NCBI GenBank assembly: GCA_964621525.1
Contig: CAZUMS010000004.1
Location: 22,061 to 86,060, forward strand
Direction: 5' to 3'
Source: an uncultured bacterium
GTDB taxonomy: Bacteria > JAGRBM01 > JAHCIT01
Length of the DNA: 64,000 nt
A program made the translations under genes and the position numbers. Below the pieces are notes generated by a model. It made no database searches. It saw only the letters and a list, made by a program, of their open reading frames with translations, and was not told the DNA's origin. Below are positions 39,637 to 49,379 of this stretch, in pieces. The first letter of the stretch is position 1, and every line of letters starts with the position of its first letter.

Positions 39637-40950
39637 TTATTTGCGGGGCTCCGGGGTGATTTCAATGGGCGCACTATAGGTCCGGTACCAGCCGCTGCCC
39701 CCGTCTTCCGGGAAGCCCGGCAGCGTCACGATCCGGCCGCCGAACGAATAGGTCCCCCCCTTGATATTCTCCCACCCCGAGAAGTGGAACCCGGCGCTCG
39801 GGAGGGCACCGGGCACGGCCTCGGGCGGCATCTGTTCCTCACGGCTGTCGATAAAAATGCCATTCGACTTCAGCTTCAGGTTGTCGGACAGGAACATCAT
39901 CATGAGGACATTCAGTCCCTTGCCGGTGACGAAGAACCAGCGTTCATCGCCAAGCCCCATGTCCCGTTCGGCCTCGCCGGTCACGCCATCGATCATCGCA
40001 CCCTCCGGGCGGACCACGGTGACGAAGTTCATCCCCCGTAAATCGCGGAAATCGACGATGAACCGCATGTCCTGGCTTGTCATGAAAGCGGCCAGGGATT
40101 TGGGCAGGGTGAAGTATATTCTCGGCTCCCACAGCCGGTCGTACTGGACCGATTCCATCGTAACGGGGATCGTGAACCCGGGCACCGGCGTCAGGACGAC
40201 GTTCACGTGGCGCACTACCCGTACAGGGCCCGCCCGCGCGCCCCAGAGCGTCGACTTGAGGTCGTCCTCGTCGATTCGGATCGTCACGAGATCGGCCACC
40301 GCCCGGCTCGTGATCCGTACCTTGAGCCGGTCCAGCACGTTCTCGGCCTCACGTCCTTTCAGGTTCGGAAACACGAGGTGGTCGATCATCGCCGCATTGC
40401 CCTGCATGGCGCCCACTTCCATGGCGGGACTCGTCACCCGGTCCTTCGCGGCGTTGTAAGTCACGTAAGGCATCATTGGCGGCCGCCGCACGGGGTCCAC
40501 AAGCGCATAAACGTACCGGGGCTGCGGGAAGATCGCCGTGTCGATGCGGAGCGGAAGAATCTGGCCCGCGACGTTCTCCGGAAGCTGCTCGCAGGCGGGG
40601 CCCGTATCGCGGAACATGAACACGATCTCGTCGTTCTCGTCGAAGATTCCGGGCTTTTCGTCCGGCTTCAGCTTCGGCGCCGGATTATCGGGCAGCACGA
40701 AACCGTCCGGATTGCGCTCATCGATCTGGTGGTTGAGCGCACCGAGCACGCCGCCCACGCACCGGGCCATGGAGATCGTGTCGATCTTCAGGCCGAGCAG
40801 CGCTGGTGCCTGGCGGCCCGTTATGATGACAGGCCGTGGAGAGAAATTCGTGAGCGGAGAGCGCTTTTCCTGCGCCCGCACCGGCACGATGCAGACAGAA
40901 ACCAGCACAAACGCCGCCAGCAGAAATCCGGATTGAAGAGAACGGCCCAT
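39637..40950 (-). CDS. secreted protein of unknown function
   Basis: 437 aa with a cleavable signal peptide (MGRSLQSGFLLAAFVLVSVCIVPVRAQE). No recognisable motif. Balanced composition, unlike the Arg/His-rich antisense ORF 40207..42033. Confidence 0.5.
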   Translation of the reverse strand: MGRSLQSGFLLAAFVLVSVCIVPVRAQEKRSPLTNFSPRPVIITGRQAPALLGLKIDTISMARCVGGVLGALNHQIDERNPDGFVLPDNPAPKLKPDEKPGIFDENDEIVFMFRDTGPACEQLPENVAGQILPLRIDTAIFPQPRYVYALVDPVRRPPMMPYVTYNAAKDRVTSPAMEVGAMQGNAAMIDHLVFPNLKGREAENVLDRLKVRITSRAVADLVTIRIDEDDLKSTLWGARAGPVRVVRHVNVVLTPVPGFTIPVTMESVQYDRLWEPRIYFTLPKSLAAFMTSQDMRFIVDFRDLRGMNFVTVVRPEGAMIDGVTGEAERDMGLGDERWFFVTGKGLNVLMMMFLSDNLKLKSNGIFIDSREEQMPPEAVPGALPSAGFHFSGWENIKGGTYSFGGRIVTLPGFPEDGGSGWYRTYSAPIEITPEPRK

Positions 40951-41025
40951 TCAGACCAAACGGTAGTGCACGGGAACCGTCAGTGCCACGGCAGAGAAAC
41001 AGCCTGTCGGCCGGGAACTGACGAT

Positions 41026-41874
41026 TCAGTCAGCGGCCATGCCCGCCCGCTGCCGTACCAGCTCTGCGAACTCCCGGACTGCTTCGTCGTAACCCGTACC
41101 GGGAGCGAACACGGTGTCATTGTGGAATTCGCGCTCCAGCGTCAGCATCTTTTTCGGATCCGGCGCAGCGGCAAAAAGCTTCTCGCCCATACGGTAGGGG
41201 ACGATTTCGTCCCGGCGGCTGTGAATCACCAGGACCGGGCAGGTGACTTTCGCGATCTTTTCAAGATTGTTCATCTTCGTCGAGACAAGAAATTTCGGAA
41301 CAAACGGCAGGACCTCGCCCGCCATGTCCGGGATCGACGTAAACGTGGACTGCACGAACAGCCCGCCCGGCCGCACTGTGGAAGCGAGCTCGAGCGCCGG
41401 GCCTCCGCCGAGACTTTTCCCGAACAGGATTACCTGCCGGGGCGAATAGCCGAGTTCACCGGTGAGCAGGTCCCAGGCCGCCCGGGCATCCTGATAGATA
41501 CCCTTTTCGGAAGGGCGCCCTTCGCTTCGTCCGTAACCCCGGTAGTCCGGAGCCAGCACGGCGAACCCCATCGATGCGAACCGGAGCAGGATGTCATGCC
41601 GCTGGGCGATGTTCCCTGCGTTCCCGTGGAAATAGAGCACCGCAAGCCGGGGTTCCGGCAGCGGCACGGGTGCTTCGGGCCGTGGGAGGGGCTGCATAAA
41701 CCAGGCATGGATTTTCGTTCCGTCGGCGGCCTTGAGCCATTTGTCCTCGGCAGCGGTTACCCATGGCCCTGCCGGAAACGGACGGCCCGTGAGCGCCGCC
41801 CCGGTTCCGCGGTCGGCATCGGGGAAGAAAATCAGGCTGTCCTCGAACGGCATGGCGTGAACTCCGGCGGGCAT
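41026..41874 (-). CDS. alpha/beta hydrolase (dienelactone hydrolase / S9-like)
   Basis: YFHGNAGN ... nucleophile elbow GKSLGG ... acid/His in C-terminal. The track ORF extends 5-prime into the otsAB gene; the true start is probably ATG near 41874 (or just upstream if a signal peptide is used). Confidence 0.65.
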   Translation of the reverse strand: MPAGVHAMPFEDSLIFFPDADRGTGAALTGRPFPAGPWVTAAEDKWLKAADGTKIHAWFMQPLPRPEAPVPLPEPRLAVLYFHGNAGNIAQRHDILLRFASMGFAVLAPDYRGYGRSEGRPSEKGIYQDARAAWDLLTGELGYSPRQVILFGKSLGGGPALELASTVRPGGLFVQSTFTSIPDMAGEVLPFVPKFLVSTKMNNLEKIAKVTCPVLVIHSRRDEIVPYRMGEKLFAAAPDPKKMLTLEREFHNDTVFAPGTGYDEAVREFAELVRQRAGMAAD

Positions 41875-41945
41875 GCACACGGCCAGAAAAACCAGGAGCG
41901 CAGCAGTTACTCTCCCACGAGGGACCGGCCGGCAGCAACCGTCGG

Positions 41946-44141
41946 TTATCCGCACAATTCCGTCAGCATCCGCCGGACATCGGCCGGAGTGCGGACCCTC
42001 CAGGGTGCCCGGGTCGGCCGGGGTCCCACATGAACCGCATATCCCTGCGGCGGCAGGGAGGCAAAAACGTCTTCGTCCGTTCGATCGTCTCCAGCCGCAA
42101 GAATCGGGGTTTCCGGCAATCCAGCGCCGGCGAAATGCCGGAGCACCAGTCCCTTGTGGATGCCGAGCTGCCGGATCTCGACGACTTTCACCCCTTTCAG
42201 GACCGTCACAGGACTGTTGCTGAGCACCTCGGCAAGGTGGAGACGCAACTCCTTCGCCTGCAGGCTGCCGAACTCCGGATCGGCGAGCCGGTAATGCCAG
42301 GCTACAGCGGTTTCTTTCTCTTCGATCAGGGAGCCCGGTGTTTGCGCCACGAACTGCTCGAGAATGGGCCTCACACGCGCCTTCCAGTCCGTGTTGATCT
42401 CGGCATTTGCAGTCCAGTCCGCATCCGGTGCAAGGCGCGACCAGAACCCGTGCTCGGCATGCAGCCCCACCGGAAGGCACCCCAGCCAGCGGACCAGCGT
42501 CGCCCGGTCCCGGCCGCTCACGATATGAACCCCGGTGCCGGGGCTCGCGGCGAGCCGCCGGAGCAGCGTGAGCAATTCAGTATCCGGAACCGCCGCCTGA
42601 GGGGTTGGAGCGAATGGCACCAGTGTTCCGTCGTAATCGAGAAGCACGATCCGCTGCGGCGCCGCCCGGAGGATCCGGACGATTTCGGAAAGTGGCGGAT
42701 GGCTCTCGCCAGGTGCCGGATCGCGGAACTCCGGAGAGGTACACCCCTCGAGCGCCTCCATGAACGAGCGGTACCATCCGAAAACATCCCGGCTCCGGAC
42801 CTGTTCCCGCAGGCTCTGCATCCGGAGCTGCTGTTCTTCGAGCGGCATCTCCACCGCCGTCTGGATTGCCGATGCAGTCCGGTCGATATCATACGGATTC
42901 ACCGTGAGCGCATCGCCGAGTTCCGACGCCGCCCCGGCAAACTCGCTGAGCACCAGAACCCCGCGTTCATCCGTCCGTGAGGCGACGAACTCCTTGGCGA
43001 CGAGGTTCATGCCGTCGCGCAGTGGCGTCACGAGCATCACATCGGCAGTGCGGTAAAGGGCAGCTAGCTCCGTCTGGGAAAGGGACCGGTAGAGATACTG
43101 GATCGGCGACCAGTCGATCGTGGAAAACCGGCCGTTCACGTGGCCGACGGCTTCATCCAGCTGACGGCGGAGCTGCTCGTAGGCTTCCACTTTCTCGCGG
43201 GACGGCACCACCACCTGCAGCAGCTTGATCCGTCCGCGGAGCGAGGGTTCTCGCTCAAGGAGCCGTTCCACTGCGAGCACTCGCCGCATGAGCCCTTTGG
43301 TATAATCCAGCCGGTCCACACCAAGCAGTATTGAACGGGCCCGGTGCTCGCTCCGAAACTGGGCTGAGAAGGCCGCAGCGTCTGGATGCTCCGCAGCCCT
43401 GGCGAACTCGCCGGGATCGATGCTCATGGGGAAGACCCCAAGCCGCACCGTCCTCCCCTCGAAATTTGCCCGGTCCACATCGCATTCAACGCCGAGCACC
43501 CTGAGCAGCGAGCTCGAAAAGTGGCGCAGATACGTAAACGTGTGGAAGCCGATCAGGTCCGCACCCATGAGACCCGCCAGGAGTTCGGTCCGCCACGGGA
43601 GCGTACGGTAGACCTCCGACGACGGAAACGGGATGTGAAGGAAAAATCCGATGACTGCCTCGGGAATCCGTTCCCGGATCATCCCAGGAAGGAGGGCGAG
43701 CTGGTAATCGTGAACCCAGATCCGGTCGCCGGGTTTCCAGACCGAAGCCACAGCATCGGCAAAGATGCAGTTTGCCTCCCGGTAGGCGTCCCAGTCCTTC
43801 CAGGCGTCAAACTCGACACGGTCCAGCAGATAATGGAAAAGCGGCCAGATGACCCCGTTCGAGAACCCTTCGTAGAACTGTTTCACCAGGTCCGCCGGTA
43901 GCCCGACCGGCACCAGCTTGTGTTCCGCGAGCAGGGCCTTGAGCCGGGAACTTTGGCCCGGTTCCTCCGGGATCTCGATCCCCGGCCAACCGATCCAGAG
44001 GGATTCGCCACGTTCATGCGGACCCCTGAGCCCGCTGGCGAGTCCTCCGGCTGACGGCACCGCCTGAAACCCGCCCTCGGTTTCCGTGACGGTCACGGGC
44101 AGACGGTTTGAGACCAGCAGCAGCCGCCCGCTCATGTCCAC
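41946..44141 (-). CDS. otsAB: bifunctional trehalose-6-phosphate synthase / trehalose-6-phosphate phosphatase (OtsA-OtsB fusion)
   Basis: N-terminal GT20 OtsA ([10 protein letters not shown] ... [12 protein letters not shown] ...). C-terminal HAD phosphatase with the DYDGTL motif ([12 protein letters not shown]). Confidence 0.85.
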   Translation of the reverse strand: MDMSGRLLLVSNRLPVTVTETEGGFQAVPSAGGLASGLRGPHERGESLWIGWPGIEIPEEPGQSSRLKALLAEHKLVPVGLPADLVKQFYEGFSNGVIWPLFHYLLDRVEFDAWKDWDAYREANCIFADAVASVWKPGDRIWVHDYQLALLPGMIRERIPEAVIGFFLHIPFPSSEVYRTLPWRTELLAGLMGADLIGFHTFTYLRHFSSSLLRVLGVECDVDRANFEGRTVRLGVFPMSIDPGEFARAAEHPDAAAFSAQFRSEHRARSILLGVDRLDYTKGLMRRVLAVERLLEREPSLRGRIKLLQVVVPSREKVEAYEQLRRQLDEAVGHVNGRFSTIDWSPIQYLYRSLSQTELAALYRTADVMLVTPLRDGMNLVAKEFVASRTDERGVLVLSEFAGAASELGDALTVNPYDIDRTASAIQTAVEMPLEEQQLRMQSLREQVRSRDVFGWYRSFMEALEGCTSPEFRDPAPGESHPPLSEIVRILRAAPQRIVLLDYDGTLVPFAPTPQAAVPDTELLTLLRRLAASPGTGVHIVSGRDRATLVRWLGCLPVGLHAEHGFWSRLAPDADWTANAEINTDWKARVRPILEQFVAQTPGSLIEEKETAVAWHYRLADPEFGSLQAKELRLHLAEVLSNSPVTVLKGVKVVEIRQLGIHKGLVLRHFAGAGLPETPILAAGDDRTDEDVFASLPPQGYAVHVGPRPTRAPWRVRTPADVRRMLTELCG

Positions 44142-45955
44142 GCCCTCACTTTCCCGTTCCGCGCCTCAAGCAGTTCTCCAATGGTCATGGCAGCATGAAT
44201 GAGCCCCACGTGGGTGTATGCCTGCGGGAAATTCCCGAGGAGCCGGCCTGTGGCCGGGTCGATATCTTCCGAGAACAGGCCCACCGGGTTTGTGTAGGTC
44301 AGGAGACGGTTGAACAGTTCCACCGCTTCGTCCAGCCGCCCGGTGAGGGCGAGCGCCTCCACCCACCAGAACGAACAGATCGTGAAAGCACTGCTCGTCT
44401 CACCGAAATCATCCGGATTCCGGTAGCGGAGCATAAGGCCATTCACCACCAGCTCTTGCTCGTAGGCTTTCACCGTCCGGACAAATCTCGGGTCCGTTGC
44501 ATCGACGATGCCGATGGTGGGGAGCAGCAGATTCGAAGCGTCCGGAAACTGCCCATCCAGGGCCTGCGTGAAGAAACCGTGTTTCTCGCTGAATCCTCTT
44601 GTGAGGACGGTCTCCCGTTCGGCAGCGGCGATGGTTTCCCAGCGGGCGGCGAGACCGGTCCGGCCGAACGCCCGGGCAAGCACAGCCCCTCTTGAGATTG
44701 CAGCCCAGCACATGGCCCTGGAAAAGGTGTAAGGCCTGAGCAGCGATCGGAACTCCCAGATACCTGTATCCAGCGTGGAAGCGTCACGGATCGCCTGCTC
44801 CACCAGCTTTTCGATCAGCGGGAAAAACGCTTCCCGGTCGGGAATTACGACGCGCACGTCGGTGAGCAGGGTTTCGAGACAGAGGATCATCTCGCCCATG
44901 AGGTCGTTCTGCCGCTGGTGAGAAGCCGCATTGCCGGTACGCACAGGGCCACTGCCGCCGAAGCCGACCAGATGCGCGAGCTGATCCTCCAGCAGATCCC
45001 GTTCGCCGCCAAGTCCATAGAGCGGCTGAAGCGGCCCGCTTTCGGCCACGTTGCGCAGGTAGCGGATGAACTGCTCGCCCTCATGAAGATGACTGAGACG
45101 GCGCAGCGCCTCCACAACGAAAGCCGCGTCCCGGAGCCAGCAGTACCGGTAGTCCCAGGTCCGCCCGGTCCCCAGCGCTTCCGGGATACTGGTGGTCGCC
45201 GCCGCGATGATGGCCCCAGTGTCGTGGCAGGCATGCAGCTTGAGACAAAGTGCCGAACGCAGCACTTCGGCCGGAGCAAACGTCGGAACGGCGCAGGTCT
45301 TCGCCCAGGCCTGCCAGCCGGCAACCGTAAGATCCAGGCTCCGCTCTACGTCCTGAAGGGAGGAAATGCCGTCAGGGGTTCCATAGGCGAGCCGGAAGAA
45401 CAGCGGCCGGTCGAGCGTGAACTCGAGCCGGTTCAGGAGATACTCGACCGGAAGATTCGTCGTCAGAACGAACGGATCACGGCTGCCGTCCAGCAGCACT
45501 GTACTGTCGCCGCCCACAAGAGAGGGCGACGTCCGCGCGTAATCGGGGCGCGGATCGTACACGACCGAGAGCCGGGGCGTCCCCGACAGGGGTCTGATGA
45601 GCCGGACGATTTCCACCGGCACGCGGACGCCAAGCCCGTCCGGAATCCGGGGAGCAAAGTCGATCAGTTCCCAGGAACCGGCGGCACCTGCAAATTCGGT
45701 CCGGAGGACATTGGTGTTGGGAACGTAAGCCTGGCGGCCCCGGACTTCCCGGCCGCCGAAAAGGAACACAAAGGTTCCGCCTTTGTCCCGGTCCAGAAGC
45801 CGTCCGAATACAGACGGAGAATCGAACCGGGGCATACAGAGCCACTCGACCGCCCCCGACGGCGAGACGAGTGAGATCACCCGACCGTTACCGGTCGCTC
45901 CGTGATCAAGGGCAGGAACATCTCCGTTTCCCGCGGGGTGTATCTTCCCGCTCAT
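44132..45955 (-). CDS. glycoside hydrolase family 15 (trehalase/glucoamylase-like)
   Basis: N-terminal beta-sandwich WLCMPRFDSPSVFGRLLD and an (alpha/alpha)6 catalytic domain with conserved acidic residues. Overlaps otsAB by 10 bp. Confidence 0.75.
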   Translation of the reverse strand: MSGKIHPAGNGDVPALDHGATGNGRVISLVSPSGAVEWLCMPRFDSPSVFGRLLDRDKGGTFVFLFGGREVRGRQAYVPNTNVLRTEFAGAAGSWELIDFAPRIPDGLGVRVPVEIVRLIRPLSGTPRLSVVYDPRPDYARTSPSLVGGDSTVLLDGSRDPFVLTTNLPVEYLLNRLEFTLDRPLFFRLAYGTPDGISSLQDVERSLDLTVAGWQAWAKTCAVPTFAPAEVLRSALCLKLHACHDTGAIIAAATTSIPEALGTGRTWDYRYCWLRDAAFVVEALRRLSHLHEGEQFIRYLRNVAESGPLQPLYGLGGERDLLEDQLAHLVGFGGSGPVRTGNAASHQRQNDLMGEMILCLETLLTDVRVVIPDREAFFPLIEKLVEQAIRDASTLDTGIWEFRSLLRPYTFSRAMCWAAISRGAVLARAFGRTGLAARWETIAAAERETVLTRGFSEKHGFFTQALDGQFPDASNLLLPTIGIVDATDPRFVRTVKAYEQELVVNGLMLRYRNPDDFGETSSAFTICSFWWVEALALTGRLDEAVELFNRLLTYTNPVGLFSEDIDPATGRLLGNFPQAYTHVGLIHAAMTIGELLEARNGKVRAWT

Positions 45956-46065
45956 ACCGCCATAACACCCGTACCGGAAGCGGAAGACAAGCGTTGTCCC
46001 TGCGCGGGATGAGAGAGCAGGAATCCGGAATTACCAGATATATCAATGGGGAAAAGCGGAAAACC

Positions 46066-46527
46066 TCAGGCCTTCAGTTCGGTCGTGCAGTGCGGGCAGC
46101 GGGTCGCCTTGATGTGGATCTTCGAGAAGCAGGCCGGGCACTCCTTCTCGGTGGGTGCGGCGGAAACCGCAGGGGCTTCCTTCTTCGCCAGTTCTTCCTT
46201 CACGCGGTTGAACTGCTTGATGATCATGAACATGACGAACGCCGTGATCGTGAAATCCAGCAGCGTGTTCATGAACACACCGTAGTTCACCGTCGCAGCG
46301 CCGGCAGCCTTCGCCTCGGCCAGCGACTTAAACTCGCCGCCCGAGAGGCTGACGAACAGGTCGCTGAAGTTGACCTTGCCGATCAGCGCACCCACCGGCG
46401 GCATCAGCACGTCGTTCACGGCGGAGCTGACGATCTTTCCGAATGCGCCGCCGATGATAACGCCCACGGCGAGGTCGATGACGTTCCCCCGGACCGCGAA
46501 ATCACGGAATTCCTTGATGACACTCAT
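46066..46527 (-). CDS. mscL: large-conductance mechanosensitive channel MscL with C-terminal zinc-ribbon extension
   Basis: Canonical MscL TM1/TM2 ([19 protein letters not shown] ... ). Extra C-terminal tail [22 protein letters not shown] (C-P-x-C ... C-P-x-C). AGGAGA RBS. Confidence 0.85.
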   Translation of the reverse strand: MSVIKEFRDFAVRGNVIDLAVGVIIGGAFGKIVSSAVNDVLMPPVGALIGKVNFSDLFVSLSGGEFKSLAEAKAAGAATVNYGVFMNTLLDFTITAFVMFMIIKQFNRVKEELAKKEAPAVSAAPTEKECPACFSKIHIKATRCPHCTTELKA

Positions 46528-46552
46528 GACGGTTCTCCTCTTTCACTTCCTT

Positions 46553-46590
46553 CGGGAGCGAAACGACCTCCCGGCACGAGGCTCGGGAGG
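46553..46590 (-). terminator. candidate terminator after ompA-family gene
   Basis: CCTCCCG / CGGGAGG 7 bp stem with a 10 nt loop, followed on the minus strand by GTCGTTTCG. Weak U-tract. Confidence 0.35.
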
Positions 46591-46616
46591 CCGTTCCGGG
46601 CCCTTGGGAGATTCTA

Positions 46617-47552
46617 TCAGTTCTGGGCCGGGTCGAGAACCACGAATTCCACGCGGCGGTTCTGCGCCTGCTTGTCTTTCGTATCGTCCGGCGAGACAAC
46701 CGGCTTCTCCTCGCCATAGCCCACAGGGGTCAGGCGGTCGGCGGCGACGCCCTTCTTGACGAGATAGGCCTTCACCGAGTTGGCGCGGGACTGGGACAGC
46801 CGCTTGTTGGCTCCGGCATCGCCCACCGTATCGGTGTGACCGGCAACTTCGACCTTTTTGATCTGCGGATTGTCGACGAGCACACGGGCGACGTCGTTCA
46901 GCAGGTCATTCGATTTCGCCAGGATGTCCGCCTTGCTGGTGGCAAAGTAGACCGTCTGGAGAATGACGATCTTGTTGCCTTCCACGCGGGCGAGCGCCTT
47001 GGAGCTCGGCACCAGCACGAAGTCGGTCTTCGTGGGCTTGCCGGCGGCGACCTTCACGGTCTTGGCCTGCGGTTCATGATCCGTCGCCGATGCGCGGATC
47101 AGGTATTCGCCCTCGGCCAGATCCTCGCTGTAAGCGGCGTCCTTTGTCGGAGTGTTCTTCACCGGGTCGCCATCTTTTGAAATCGAAATAAAGGCAGCCA
47201 GCGGGCTTCCATCGGTGGAAGTCACCTTGCCTTCGGCGCGTCCGGGCGCCTTCTCGGCAACGGCGGCAGCCACAGGAGCGGGAGCCGGAGCGGCTTCCTT
47301 CGCCGGAGCCTGCTCGGCAGGTTGCGCCGGAGCTTCCTTGGCGGGCTCAGCCGCGGCCTGCTGCTCGGCGGGTGCTTCGGCCGGCTTGGCGGCCGCCTTC
47401 GGGCGCGCCGTGCCGCAATCGTCCCAGTAGGTGCAACGGCGCATGCCACGCTCCGACAGGGTGCCGTCGTAGTTGCCGTAGTTGCCGGCGCCGTGTTCGG
47501 CACAGGCACCAAGGGCCAGGGTCAGGACAGAAATCGAAATGATCTTTTTCAC
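46617..47552 (-). CDS. OmpA-family lipoprotein (C-terminal OmpA/MotB peptidoglycan-binding domain)
   Basis: GTG start at 47552 with GGAGA RBS. Lipobox LALGAC. Ala/Pro/Glu-rich linker. C-terminal OmpA domain (VYFATSKADI ... NRRVEFVVL). Confidence 0.8.
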   Translation of the reverse strand: MKKIISISVLTLALGACAEHGAGNYGNYDGTLSERGMRRCTYWDDCGTARPKAAAKPAEAPAEQQAAAEPAKEAPAQPAEQAPAKEAAPAPAPVAAAVAEKAPGRAEGKVTSTDGSPLAAFISISKDGDPVKNTPTKDAAYSEDLAEGEYLIRASATDHEPQAKTVKVAAGKPTKTDFVLVPSSKALARVEGNKIVILQTVYFATSKADILAKSNDLLNDVARVLVDNPQIKKVEVAGHTDTVGDAGANKRLSQSRANSVKAYLVKKGVAADRLTPVGYGEEKPVVSPDDTKDKQAQNRRVEFVVLDPAQN

Positions 47553-47773
47553 AGGAAAATCTCCATAACTTTCTTCGGTTTGATATCGAGCGGGATCCCG
47601 CGATCCCTCCGTTACCCGAGGAACCATCATCTCCGGACCGGGTAAATCCGTCTATGACAGCGCTCACAAGGCGTGCCGTATCTGGCATAACTCGAATACG
47701 CCGGAAACAGGTTGCCGGGTAAAATGGTGCCGGGTTTTGCCGCAAAACGGAACGCTGACAGGTCAGTCAGCGC

Positions 47774-48565
47774 TCATTCCGGGTCCTTGAACTTCGCCTC
47801 GCGCTTCTGCATCCGGGCCATGAGGGCTTCCATCTGGTTTGCCGAGCCGATGAGCTTCATCTGCTCGGTGGCCTCCGCCCGGAGCGCATCCGAGACAGTG
47901 GCATCCGGAAGGGCGTTCAGCAGCCGCTTGGCGGCGCGGATCGCATGGGGATTCCTGCCCGCGATCTCCTTCGCCGTCTTGAGAGCGTCCGAGAGCGGGT
48001 CCTCCGAAATCCGGGTGACGAGGCCGAGACCGAGAGCTTCCGTCCCCTGCACGATACGGCCCGTGTAGGTGAGGTCGCGGAGGATATCGCCGCGCAGAAG
48101 GTCGCGCAGGGTCGCCGTCCCCGACATGTCGGGGATGAGGCCGAGCTGGATTTCCATGACCGACAGCCGGGCATCCGCTTTCGCGTATCGCATGTCCGCC
48201 CCGAGCGCGATCTGCAGGCCGCCGCCGAAGCAGGCTCCGTGGACCGCCGCGATCACCGGAACCGGTACTTCACGCCAGACCCAGCCGGGCTTCTGGTAGT
48301 AGTTCGAGGGGCCGTCCTTGGCCTTCATGTTCTCCTGGATCGCCGCCGGGCTGAACGAAGCGCCGCCCACATCGAGACCGGAGCAGAAGCTCGGGCCGTT
48401 ACCGGAGAGCACCACGGCCCGGACCGACTTGTCACGGACAAGCTTTTCTCCCGCAGCCGTCACCGCCTCGAACATGTCCTTGGACAGTGCGTTGTGCTTT
48501 TCGGGACGGTTCAGCCGGACGTCGGCGACGCCCCCGGAAATCTCGATGGTAACGAGTTCGGCCAT
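47774..48565 (-). CDS. enoyl-CoA hydratase/isomerase (crotonase) family
   Basis: Crotonase fold motifs: RPEKHNAL, GNGPSFCSGLDV oxyanion-hole region. Confidence 0.8.
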   Translation of the reverse strand: MAELVTIEISGGVADVRLNRPEKHNALSKDMFEAVTAAGEKLVRDKSVRAVVLSGNGPSFCSGLDVGGASFSPAAIQENMKAKDGPSNYYQKPGWVWREVPVPVIAAVHGACFGGGLQIALGADMRYAKADARLSVMEIQLGLIPDMSGTATLRDLLRGDILRDLTYTGRIVQGTEALGLGLVTRISEDPLSDALKTAKEIAGRNPHAIRAAKRLLNALPDATVSDALRAEATEQMKLIGSANQMEALMARMQKREAKFKDPE

Positions 48566-48655
48566 GACGGCACTCCTTCAGGGGTCCGGCTGCCTTCGTG
48601 GCGCAGGCCGGCCACCGGATGCATCAATAACCTGCCGGAACGGGAGGGGGAAGCC

Positions 48656-49288
48656 TCAGATCAGGGCAGGCAGTCCAAGCTTCTCGAAAATCCAGACTCC
48701 ACCCCAGACGATAGCCGCGAAGATAGCGACCGTAACGGCAATAAATCCGTAGCCCAGCGTGATCAGGAGACCGTCTTCCTCCATGAGACCGTAGGAAAGC
48801 AAAACGAGCGCGAGCGCCGGCGGCACGTTCGTCCCCGGCGGGCCGGGCAGGATCAGCAGCACGGCACCGGCGACGAATCCGATCCCGTGAAACCGGAGCA
48901 TGAGGTCGCTCTTCCACAGGATGGGCCACCGGGGCCGGACGTATTTTTCAAACCGTCGCGAGATACGGGCACCGTGGAGAAACAGTTTTTTCAGCACCTC
49001 GCTATGGATCTCGCGGCGGGCGAGCTTTTCCGGAATCCACGGCGGGATGCCCAGCATCATGGCCACGCTCACGGTAATCATGACCGTACCCAGAAGCTGC
49101 GAGAGGCCCATCATCGGCACGGGGATCAGGAACGGGAGGGAAAGAATCAGGATGATGAGGGGATGATCGCGCACCGACAGCTGGCGGAAGAGATCGCTCA
49201 GCGTCGAGTGCTCGCCAGAAATGGATTCGCGGAGGCGGTCGAATTCGTCGGAGAGCCGTTCGGGCTGGGGCGTATTGATGTGTTCCAT
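48656..49288 (-). CDS. ExoD-like exopolysaccharide synthesis membrane protein
   Basis: 210 aa with a cytoplasmic N-terminal region then 4 TM helices. Resembles the ExoD family. Tentative. Confidence 0.5.
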   Translation of the reverse strand: MEHINTPQPERLSDEFDRLRESISGEHSTLSDLFRQLSVRDHPLIILILSLPFLIPVPMMGLSQLLGTVMITVSVAMMLGIPPWIPEKLARREIHSEVLKKLFLHGARISRRFEKYVRPRWPILWKSDLMLRFHGIGFVAGAVLLILPGPPGTNVPPALALVLLSYGLMEEDGLLITLGYGFIAVTVAIFAAIVWGGVWIFEKLGLPALI

Positions 49289-49311
49289 CGAGCTTCGTAA
49301 TTATCCCGTCC

Positions 49312-49348
49312 GGGAAAAAGAAAACAGGGCGCGGTTTCCCGCGCCCTG
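49312..49348 (-). terminator. rho-independent terminator after acidic lipoprotein gene
   Basis: Perfect 10 bp stem CAGGGCGCGG / CCGCGCCCTG with a 4 nt loop, followed on the minus strand by TTTTCTTTTTCCC. Confidence 0.65.
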
Positions 49349-49379
49349 TTCCGTTACGGGCGTTAACCGTCAGAGACGG

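Noticed and set aside
47705-47725. Sigma-54-like element TGGTGC-N-TTTGC in the ompA / enoyl-CoA hydratase intergenic region.
   Set aside because: The GG to GC spacing is 11, not 10. It is on the plus strand with no downstream plus-strand gene. Likely chance.
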